A stretch of DNA of 64,000 bases from Phoronis australis (taxonomy: Eukaryota; Animalia; Phoronida), in assembly GCA_002633005.1 (NCBI GenBank), contig NMRA01000136.1, forward strand, positions 708,944-772,943. The letters run 5' to 3'. The position numbers were made by a program, and so were the translations under genes. A model generated the notes under the pieces. It made no database searches, had not been told where the DNA came from, and saw nothing but the letters and a program-made list of their open reading frames with translations. This document shows positions 12,101 to 24,100 of this stretch, piece by piece; position 1 is the stretch's first letter; each line of letters starts with the position of its first letter.

Positions 12101-15100
12101 TTGTTCTGTTTGTAAGTGGTGATTGGTTCACTAGTAAGACCATTCTGTTTGTAAGTAGTGATTGGTTCACTAGTAAGACCATTGTTCTGTTTGTAATAAG
12201 AAATGCAGAAATAGTTCAACTTATTCTCACTGTGTCATTGAACACTAAACCAATGTTTCATGAGGAGAACCGACTCTGTTTACAGGTGACTTCACGAATG
12301 TTACCTTAAGTTTATGAAACAAACAACTAGTAACAAATTACAATGACATGTCTAGCCAGAAGTCACCTTCATCCATTGTACCTGGCCCAGATGTCGCCTT
12401 CATCCATTGTACCTGGCCCAGATGTCACCTTCATCCATTGTACCTGGCCCAGATGTCACCTTCATCCATTGTACCAGGCCTAGATGTCACCTTCATCCAT
12501 TGTACCTGGCCCAGATGTCGCCTTCATCAATTGTACCTGGCCCAGATGTCACCTTCATCCATTGTACCTTGCCCAGATGTCACCATCATCCATTCATTGT
12601 ACATGACCCAGATGTCACTGTCATCCATTGTACCTTGCCCAGATGTCACCTTTATGCACTGTACCTGGATAGACTAAAATGTTACATGAGATGTCTTAAT
12701 ACACAGTCGTAATATTTTGCAGGTGATTGAAGATGACGTGGATGAGAGTGAACTGAAACTGATGCTGTTCCCCAGCCAGATTCACAAGATCAGCTGTGTG
12801 ATCTCACTGTTAGCCCACCAGAGGGACCTATTACAGAGGCTGGCACAGTCTGCTGACAACAAGGGACTAGTCAACTCATTTGAGTGGCGCTCTCAGCTGC
12901 AGTATTCAATGGACAATGAGAATCTGAGCGTGACTGTGCAGGTAAGGGGCTGGTATGAGAAGGAAATACATTGTCTTCCACTAAGCTTATGTGTGATGCG
13001 CAGTATTCCTGGCTTACTACGAGAAAGTGTTACGTCAGCTTTCTAACTTAGTGAATGTTACAATAAATCTCATTTTTTGTAATAAAATTTATTTGGGACT
13101 GCAACAGACATTTCTGCTGTTGTTGCTCATAATTTTTTCTTTAAAATTTCAATTTTTACACATTACCATCAATACCCAGAAAAGGTTTCCTCAAACTTGA
13201 ACTGCAAATTTAGTAGAAAGAAATGTGGGATTCCAAAGTGTAAAAGAAGAATTATAAAGTGTTGAAAAATGTACTGTTTTTTCAGTGAACCGATCTTATG
13301 AGCAGATATGTGTTTATTGAATACTGAATGAAAATTTTGAGATTGAAATCTTAATTTTGCATTTTCATATTGGTTTAAAATATGTTTTTTTGGTAATTGT
13401 TCACCTATTTTGCACAAAAATATTTGCCAAAGTTGTCATTTTTCAAAAACTAATTACCTTGTTGTAAATAATGGAATGTTTACCAAATGTTGGTTTGTGA
13501 CATCTACCGTGACATCTACAGTGCTCAAAACAAGTGAATAGTTATCTAAAATCTATTTCACCTTAAGTTTATTCTTATTGAAAATATTGACCGAAAGTAT
13601 TGTTTGCTAAACAGGTGAAGAATTACGGCAATTATAATGATCACATGGCTTCTTTTAATTGTTTATGACATCCTCCGCCTTTATCTATGTCTAGTGCCTG
13701 GATGCTCAGTTTGACTATGGCTATGAGTTGTTTATAACATCCTCCACCTTTATCTATGTCTAGTGCCTGGATGCTCAGTTTGACTATGGCTATGAGTACC
13801 TGGGGTCATCCAACCGTGAGGTCATCATCCCTAGCACAGAGAGAGCTTTCCTCAGTCTGACCCAGGCAGTCAAGGCACACTTGGCCGGGCTGTGTATGGG
13901 TCTACCTGGTAGTGGTAAACTGTCCACAGTGCATGAGTTGAGTCGCTGTGTTGGAAGAGCACTGTATACGTTCAACTGTACCAGTTCCTACGACCATGTC
14001 TTGCTCAGTGACGTGTTCAAGGGACTTGCTGCCACAGGTGTGTACAAATTTCATTGTTTTGGTATTCTAAAATGTGACAGGTTTTGCTCAAAACTGTGTA
14101 TGGAATAGAGTGTTTAATATCACAATGCTGCAGTATTGCCTTTGCCTAAAGATGTAATATAAGATCATATGCTAATAAACGTAATGATTACTCAATGAAA
14201 CTTCATTTTCTATATACAATATCATGTTTATCATGTATAATGTACATATTATCTGTTTGTCTCAGTGGCAGACGGAATCCTTTTCTGAAACTGCTTGTGC
14301 CTCTTTGAACAAACTGCCTGCTCTTTAAGTGCAAGTTAGGCTTTTTTATTTGATACCTTGAAAGCGCTCCCATAACTGCTTCAATCAGATGATCTTAGTG
14401 TCCAAAAGGTTCCTTTTTGTGAAGCAATTTCATAAGGTTTTGCATAGAAAAAATTCATGATTTCATGCCGCCTTGTACATTGTACATTTCAAAATGCCTT
14501 GAAGCCTGCATAATGAGGAATTACGCTCTTAGTAATTAATAGTCAGTTTATTGTTGGTATATTGTTGAAAGACTATAATGTTAAATTTGGCTGTTGTTAT
14601 TTATTGACTACCCAGAATAGTGTCTAATATTCTAACCATTCAACAAAATGTTCATTTCAGGCTCCTGGGTTGCCTTCAACAACATTCGCCACATGACAGA
14701 CTCTGTCCTCAGTGTTCTTGCTCACTTGCTCTCCCGCCTTCTGGATGCCATGAGAGAGGGCAAGGCCACCGTGAATTACGAATCCGAGGAGTTGACCTTA
14801 TCCCCCGTGGGAGCATGCTTTGGCATTCTCGACAGTTGCATTGTTGCTCCAGCCACAGGACCGGAGCGACTTCTGTTGTTCAACTCGGCAGCTACATCAA
14901 TACCACCAGTTGTGTTGAAACAGTTCAGAGTTGTCTCTGTAGCAAAACCAGACCTCAAACTTATGGTGGAAGTTCTTCTGTTGAGTCAAGGTAAATGAGT
15001 GCTTACATCAAACTGAGTGACATTTTCACCTTAAAGAATACTGTAAAATTTCTTCAATTTTGGATAAAAACTAAAATATTCCTAAGGCTCACGTTTTTCA

Positions 15101-18100
15101 AGTACATTGCTGCACTCTGCTCAAAATTTCCCAGAATTGCTTTTCAACATGTGAACTTTAGTACACAAAATTATTTTTTGTTGAGAATTTTGAAGTTTGT
15201 CCCCAGCATTGTGCTGTAAACTGGAGAATTTTTACCTTAATATTATGTTGCATCTATGGCTTAAGTCGACCTTTGAAGCATTAGCAGTTGTTGTTGGCAG
15301 TGTCACAAGAGGAATGACAAATCACATTAACCCTGTCTGGCATCACCATTCATTACTTATAGCCACCACCATGAGTATGAGTGATTAATATTTCACTTTG
15401 TACATGCAGAGTTCAAGTTCAAGTGTATTTTTCCAACAATGATACATTAACAGACGGACTATATCTAATAGCCAAATGCAAGTTTCAATCCTTATTTTCT
15501 GTTGGTGCTGATCGCCACATTTTACTTGAAATTCACATAACTTTTCTCAACCAAATTTAAGCAGGTCACAAGGTTCTTTCCTTGTTAAAAAGTAAATGAT
15601 CTGAGCCAGAAGTTATTAGTCCTATTGATTTAACATGGATTGCTTGTGTCAGGCTTCACCAATGCCACTGAGCTGGCGCACAAGACCAACCTGTTGTATG
15701 ATGTCTGTCGGAAACTGCTGAGTACGACAACTGTGATTAAAGAAGAGATGAAGCTGGGTGCAGAATGTAACGAGGGACAACATGGTTGGAGTGTGCAGAC
15801 TATGAAGTATGTCAGCTATGAGGCTGGAGCTTTATTGGACCAACTGGTGTGTAAGGCTGTGGAGGTCAAAGGTGAGTTGTAAAGGTCAAGCAGGGGTACT
15901 TTTAGGGTCAACATATGGCTGGTGCAACTCGCTGTGTAACTAAAAACTACCTTGGTGTTGAAATGTCAAGTGTAGGAATAGATTTGATTGCAAAAGGATA
16001 CTGCAGTTATTGACATCTAGATTACTAGCAGTGCACAAACAAGGCTGGATAAGTCATCCCTTGGACAAGTGTGTTACGTTGCCGGGTAATGTTGCATACT
16101 TTATGTGGCACTAGCTGTCTAATTTCTCAATGGTGCTGTTGCACTGATCAAACATGCTATGAACTTTCAATTACAATCAACTTCTATTAACAGAGAATGT
16201 GTTAGATGATGAACCAAGTGAAAAGCATGAAGTTGAAGACCAAGAGAAGGGTGAGTGTGTGTGTCGTCTTCAGTGGCTGCAACCAACTGTAATAAGTTCT
16301 TATTTATTGGTGTCAGTCACTGAAGCCACTGTTTATGTACTGTCTTATGGGATGTACCCATGTCGTACTTTTTAATGATTGTGCTGCACTACAAGACAAA
16401 AGTAATCAGACAATACAGCAACAGTACAAGGTAAAAGTAATCAGACAATACAATATACAGTACCAGACAAAAGTAATCAAACAATACAGCTACGGTACCA
16501 AACAAAAGTAATCAGACAATACAATATACAGTACCAGACAAAAGTAATCAAACAATACAGCTACGATACCAAACAAAAGTAATCAGACAATACAATATAC
16601 AGTACCAGACAAAAGTAATCAAACAATACAGCTACGATACCAAACAAAAGTAATCAGACAATACAATATACAGTACCAGACAAAAGTAATCAAACAATAC
16701 AGCTACAGTACAAGGTAAAAGTAATCAGACAATACAATATACAGTACCAGACAAAAGTAATCAAACAATACAGCTACGGTACCAAACAAAAGTAATCGGA
16801 CAAAATACCGTTTCCTTGTCATGACAGCTAATTCTGGTTACAGCAAAAACGACTGGTAGCAACCATCAAGGCCTAGTTACAGAATGGTTTATAGCCACCT
16901 TAATTCCCCCCTCATTCTTGGTCATAAAGAAGGACTATTCTGACATTGAATGACAGGCAATTCCCTTTCATTTTCTCTCAATACTTTTGGCTTGCACTCT
17001 ATGTCTAAGACATGAAAATTCATGCTAAATTCACTGGGAAGTTTAAGAAATTGAGGTTGCATTTCGCTGTACAGTTTTCATTGTAGCTTTAAATAGTGTT
17101 TACCTTACGTGTTTGATTGAATCTAAGATTTTTTTTACTTATTATGCTAGTTCTCAGTTGAAATTGAAATATGCAAGATGTGTTTCATTCTGTTGAATAT
17201 ACATTAAAGTAACACAGTTTGGAGAAAGAGAACAACACTTAATACAGCTGTGTACAGTATGTGGTGTCTCAGCATGGCAACACAGCCTTGGATAGTAATC
17301 TCGATGACAATCTGCAATTCAATTCTTCTTATCACATTTACAGTCAATGGTAGAAAGTATCTGCCTAAGCCAGAGGAAATGAAAACGATGGAGGACCAAG
17401 CCATGGTCACTGCCCTGCGTAACGCCTTCATGCCCCGCCTGTTGGACAAAGAGGGTACCATCTTCTCCACTCTCCTTGATGACTTCTGGCCTGACACTGA
17501 CGTACCCATGAATTTTGGTGGCGCCCCTCCACAAACAGATGTGTTGATCGATTCGCGGGCTCTGTCTAAGCTCACTGGAAAATCCATGTCAGCTGTTAAG
17601 GGACACTCTCAGAATCGAGATCACAGTTCGCTCCATCCAACATCATTTAGAGGTGGGTTAAAACTACATAAAATCTACCTATGCCAAAACCACGGTCCAT
17701 TATGTATATATATATGTATATGTATGTAACTTGTGCTGAACTACCAAGACTTCTTTATATCATAACTGTATGATGGCTTAATAAAATTTCCATTTCATTA
17801 CCTTGCCGCTAAATTTTGCCATTGTTCCCCATCATGTTGTCCGGCTGCACTCAGCTGTCATGATGGAGTTCTATTGGCTCTCAGCCATCATTACAGGCAA
17901 TTACAGGTACTTTTGCCATGTACAGTATATGGTACAAAAACTGATGTAAGTTGTAAACCTGCTTGGTATGTTTTGATTTTTACATTGTGGTGATCTGTTG
18001 TATAACTTATGAATGGTAGTTACTTCTTTCAGATGATATGTTTAAAGTTATCATTGATACAAATTATATCCAAGTTCAATTAACCATCCAATTTTTTTAC

Positions 18101-21100
18101 ATCTTTGTTTACTTGTTGGATGCATAATAATGCTGTAAGTATAATTAATTTCATTAAGTTCAATCTTTTAAGTGTTTTGTTTCCTTTGCATGCCATTTCA
18201 TCAGTAACTAGTATTCTTTACTTTTTGTTGTGCTACAACTTTCGTTTCAGTTGATTTTAGTGAAATTCTGATTTTTGGTTTCCCAGACAATTACAGTTTG
18301 GTGTTGTAAAAGAATTCTATTCTTATTTAAATATCTCTTAGTAACTAATTGTTAGTTATGAGTAGTTTACCTACCCTGTTCTCTGGTTTTGATCACCTGA
18401 CCTCGGTGGCTAGCATATATTATATTGCCTACTGTTGATTTCACATAAATCTGTATTCTCTTTACTTCGTAAAATGCATAGTCATCAGACTTTCAATTTC
18501 CATCTAACTAACACTCAGTGGAAGTAGTACAAAACACAATTTTTCCAAACAACCAAGTTTAGTGTGAGGAATTAGCTGAGACTCATAGCTGAACACATCT
18601 ATCCCCAGACTGTTATACTTCAGCAAGTCTTGAACTCAGTCATATCTCAGTGAAAACTCTAACACTCTAGTACTTCACTCTTCTTTGACCCAAGAAGGAA
18701 ATTAATGCAAGCAAACTGTGCATACATTTGGAGACTTGATTTTTTGCAGAAATGGGAATCAGTGACAATTCTGCCATGTATGACTAGATATTTTTAATGC
18801 AATGATTAGAAGGTTGTTAATTTTGTGCGTGTACAGACGGCATATCTTAGTGAAGTGGTTATTGTCATTTTATTTTTGCAAACATCCAGTTATTAGTTTT
18901 CGTTACAAAATTCTACACTTGAATGCCTCATCGATGTCATAAGGTGTTATTCTGTCTGCTTGCACTGTCTTATGTTGCCATGTTTTATGTTATTCCAGAA
19001 TCCCTCCATTTAACCCTGAACACTCCGGTTGTCCGTTTACAAGGGGGTGCCGCTGGCAAGTACACAGCCTATATCGATGATGGCGACAAGCAGCCAATAG
19101 AAGACATCAACGATGCCATTGCCGTGGCAACGTCAGAACTTAATCTGATGCCAGGATCTTCATTCCAATCGAGAGTCGCACAGTTATCTCATTTGAACAC
19201 ATCTCATCAAACGGTATTTGTTTTGTTTGTTGTTTTTCTTCTTCCTGTTACACCAACATTTGGTTTAGTGATGCTATCGGTGGATATCACTTATAGTTAT
19301 AAATACAGGGATTTTGTATGATGGTTACTGTAACAAAATGCAGGGAGTGCAAATTTGAGCAATAACATTGTAATCTTGGATACCCCATGTTGTTAACTTT
19401 AGAGTGGAATGAAGCCACGGAGAGAAATCACAGTTTCCTCATGAACTGTGATTTATCACACATTGGTGCTTTTTCTTGGATAGAAATAACATGAACATCG
19501 ACTTGAATGACCTCTTTATTTTGTTAAAGATCTTGTGACATATTTCTTTAGAATAGTCGTTTTGTTTTGGTGGTGGATCATTTTGTCCAAAATTGATGCA
19601 ATTTTACAATACATTGAGAAATTGTTAGATTATCTAAACCAATTTAACAAGTTTATAAAACAAAATTCACTTAATAGTGTTAAAGAACTAAAACATCATG
19701 CAAATTTTTAAGTTAAATTAGAAATTTACGATAATTGTGTTATGGAATTTTTCCACTAATTATTGCTAATTTTGCATTAATTTTCAGATTGTTGTTTGTG
19801 GTCCTTCTGGATGTGGAAAGTCTGAATGTATCAAGACATTTGCTGTGGCCGAGAGGGAGAGAGGCAAGACAATCAACATACAGAGTATCTTTACCAAGGC
19901 TGTGGAGACTAGGGAGCTCTTGGGTTACACTGATCCTCAGACAAAGTAAGTCACCGTGGAGACCAGGCAGTTTGGGCTATACTGATCATCTGGGGCAGAT
20001 TAAGTCACTGGAGATCACACAATTCCTGGTCTATGCTGATCACCATGGACTGATTAAGTCGCAGGAGACCAAGCAATTTCTGGACTAGTGATCATCAGCA
20101 AGAGCCACTGTAGAGATCCAGACATGTCATGCAGCTATTCTGAATTTAGTTAAGGAATAGAATCTATTTTCAGTAGCAATCTAATGTACAATTTGTTTGT
20201 AAGAATATCCGCTCACTGACAGGGCTTGTTGAAAAAATTTCAAAATGTTTCACACTGAAAATTACAGCCATTGACGACGGTGTTTAAGTCTCTTTGCTTA
20301 CTCAGCTGAATTTTGAATATAACTTGGAAGGTTGTTATGAGATTGCACTTAATAAACATTTCTGTATTTTCCTCGAAGGTCTGTGTTTGAATCAACATAA
20401 ATTTGTGAGTTTTTGAGTTTGCATATTTGATAACCAGCAAACTCCTGCACTAAACCATTGCCTTCTAAATGTTCCCATTTATCAATTATAGAGAATGGAA
20501 AGATGGTGTATTTCCATCTATGCTGCGCAAGTTCTGTGTCCAGCCTTGCAACCAGACTAATGACTTGGTAGCCAAGGCTGAAATGAAGGTGATACTCTTA
20601 GATGGCAAGGTAAGAGTAGAGATTGTCTCTCTAGCTGTATGAGTGACTTCAAGTACTTGTTCCTGGTATTCTTCTGATTTTATTGGTTAAGCCACATTAG
20701 TGAGCTAGGGTAGAGGTAATAAAAACAATGTTGTAGCTTAAATGGACTGAAATATTTGTCATGAAATTGAAAAGGAGGCTGAACTAAGCTTTGATTGGTT
20801 ATAATCTGAACAAAAAGTCAAAGTTATAAACTGAAATCCTTTACCCATGTTCAGTGACATTTTACCACAATTCAAAAATTGATAAGTAAAATGAAAGTCA
20901 TTGATTGGTTGGATTCTGTTCTCTATCACCCTGAATTTGCTTTACTTGCCAAATGATTTTATTGAATAGTATATTAGGTGACATTACTTTGTGCATGTAT
21001 TGGTCCAATTTGTTGACAAGTTAGTTTGTCTTCAGCTACATATTTTGCATGTATTTCCTGTTCTCATTGTCTTATCTTAGTTCTTGACTTATTGATCTCG

Positions 21101-24100
21101 CAATATGGCGGACAAAGAAATTCCATTTTGTAAATTTCTCTTCAAAACTAAAGATTAAGAACATTTTAGTCTAATGCTAGCATGGAGTGTAGTGTGTAGG
21201 TGTCATAAAGTAACATTGCTGAAACTCCCATTATTTGTTAAAAGGTAATCAGCCTTTGAAAAATTGAAAAAAAGCTATATTGTGTCACATGAAGTGAAAG
21301 CTACTAAACAATTCCTTTATTCTCAAGATATTGTAATGTAATGTTTTCTCTGCAATGGTAAGTTGTTTTTAACATTCCTTGACAGTTTGACCCCGTTCAG
21401 CTGGAGCTCATGGAGAGCATCCTTCACAACGACGGCTCTGTAATCCTGGCCAACAATGAGCGCCTTCTAGTGGCAGACACCATGCGCTTTATCTGGGAGC
21501 TGGACTCACTGGACCACATCAGTCCCTTCATCCTCACCAATGTTGGCCTGTTGGCAATGACGCACCAGGATGCCAACTGGAGGCTCATGTTGACACACTG
21601 GTTAAACAACCAGCCAGATGGTGGGTGCATGAACACGGCATTAGCTTAAGTGGCAGCTTCTCATTAAATCTTTGAATAAATTATGTAAATTAACTTTGCC
21701 TGCAAACAATCCCTAGCCTGTAGAGGAGCCTGCCACAACAATTGAGTAATTGAGGATGCCAAATTCAAGACATCAGACAGTTCAGTTTCAAAATTTTGTT
21801 TACTTAATTGTAACCTTTTAGAAATGCTTTGACTTTAAAATGAAGACCTTTTATGTAATATTTAAATCTTGTTCATGTAAGATTTTTGTATCATATTGAT
21901 GGGAGCTATGGTTTTCTTTTGGATGAGAAGTTTGTGTTATGTTGTCCATGCCTAGGTAGTCACTGGATAGCTCTCATTTGCTGAATATAGGGTTTCAGCT
22001 TTAGTGGGCCCGTTATGACTGTTGTGAAGCTATCTTCGATCAGTTTTTTCCCTCACCAGACGTATGAGTTGTCTCTGTGCGAGTGTTTATGGTAATAGAT
22101 TTCATCTGGGCTACTGTGTGTTACAGACATCCGTGAGGTGCTCCAAAGTTTCTGTGAGGTGTACGTGGAGAAGGCCTTACACTATCTGATGCAGTGTACC
22201 CGACCACCCATCGCTGGTGAGCACCAGGGGGCCAAGACGATGCCGCACTACCAGAGACTCATCTCACACTCACCTGAGAATATGATCACCACGTTTTGCA
22301 ACCTCATGGATGTAGGTTAAAGCTAACGTTATTGTGTCATGTGTATTCACCTGTAAGACCACCGTGGTCACATGACCAGCGAGAAGTGTCTCCTGCACAT
22401 TGATTGTGTTACACTGTATCATATTTATAACTCTCATGGAATGTTTCTCATCACTATGATCTCTACATTTAAGCAAAATTGGCCTGGTTAATATGCCTGT
22501 ATTTAATACATTATTTCTAAATTTAGATAAAAAAGTAGCCCAAACAATACTATGCTTGCCAAATTGAAGCTGTCTTCAAGTCTTGTTACATAAGTGTCTG
22601 TTGACTGGACAAGTATACTTTCTTACCTGCCTTACTAAAAGTTAAGTTCTGAGATCTGTGTAGTTTTCCTGTCAAATTCTGTTCATTGTGGATAGAAATT
22701 GCTAGGTCAACACATGGTATTTTAAAGATGAGAAGCATGGGTTTGGAGAGTTTGTACCTTGATATGACTTTTTAGTTTTGCTGTTTATACTTGTTCAGGG
22801 TATGTTTTTGTTGAAAATGGAAACAATTATGGAAGTTTTGAAAGCTTTTTGGCAGTTGCTCAAGTGTAAGTCAATCAGATTCATATATTAAATATTCTCT
22901 GTCTGGTTGAGATTCAGTGTGAAGTCTCAAATGGTATCTTTTGACACCCTATCAGTTTACAAGCTTGTATTGTTTAGTTAACCTTATATTAGCCATTTTT
23001 ACTTGATTTTTAACAGAATTTTATAATGCTTTTATACAATAGGAAAATAATGAAATCCTAGTCTACTGCCAGCCATTGTGTCTTTCACTACTCTTAGCAT
23101 TCATCATCACTTCAGTGTAGGGTTGATTGTTCTGTAGGCTTTGACCGGTCACCTAGACAACCTGAGTGATGTACAGCTGGAGAGGTACTTCAACTACGCC
23201 TGTATCTGGTCATTTGCTGGTACCCTTGACTCTGAGTACAGGGATCACTTCAGCTCCTGGTGGAAACAAGAGTTTGAGAAATATGTCGATTACCCAGAGA
23301 ATGGCACAGTAAGAACTACAATATAGTCTGGACTTTGTGTTGTGTTAATTAATTGAATGTATATACGTGTGTTGCCCAGTGTCATTTGTGGTGATGTCTG
23401 GTTGAACAAAATTTAGATATTGATAGTGTCAATGTACTGCACCAATGTTAATCTGATAAATTTTGTTGGGGTTATAATATAAGATTCATGAGTTGATTCT
23501 GAAAATCTTAATTGACTTGGTAAATTGATCATTTTCATAAGCTTATTCATGTCATTTATATGGAACTGGCCGCCATGAAATCGATAATTGACAGATGGTC
23601 ATATTTGTTCGTATAATTAACCATTATCATCAGCACCACCACCAGATTCAGGGTTTGATTGATATTTGATTTATATTACAGGTGTTTGATTTCATGGTGG
23701 AGGGAGAAAACCATACTTTTGCCCACTGGAAGAACTATGTGTCCCCTTACAATGGAACGCCTCATGCAGGCATACCTACTAATGCTTTCGTTTTCACTGT
23801 CGAGTATCAGGTAATCCACCGTTAACTATTATAATAGTTCTATGCTGATAAATTATGCAAGCTTTCTCTAATTAATATGTTATATCAACTGCATGTTAAA
23901 GTGACAGTAAACCTAGTATTGCTTTCTGACAAAAAGTAAGTGTTGTTTTAGGCCACTTACTGTTTTAAAATTGATCTCAAATTGTTGCTTAGTAAAATTT
24001 GAAGTTATTTCAGGGCTTCAAATAAAATCTGACGATTTTTTATTGCTTGAGATCAAGCTTATTACATTTCAGGCCACATTGCAACCTGAGATTTTATGAA

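Noticed and set aside
11785-12182. Minus-strand ORFs with LLVNQSPLTNRTM repeats
   Set aside because: Artefact of the 42 bp minisatellite.
12348-12712. ORFs with repeating LAQMSPSSIVPGPDVTFIHCT peptides
   Set aside because: These are translations of a 31 bp minisatellite cycling through frames, with no splice support.
13764-15871. Interpreting the dynein gene as a decaying pseudogene
   Set aside because: No stops or frameshifts across 62 phase-consistent exons, and putative allelic differences in exons are silent or absent.
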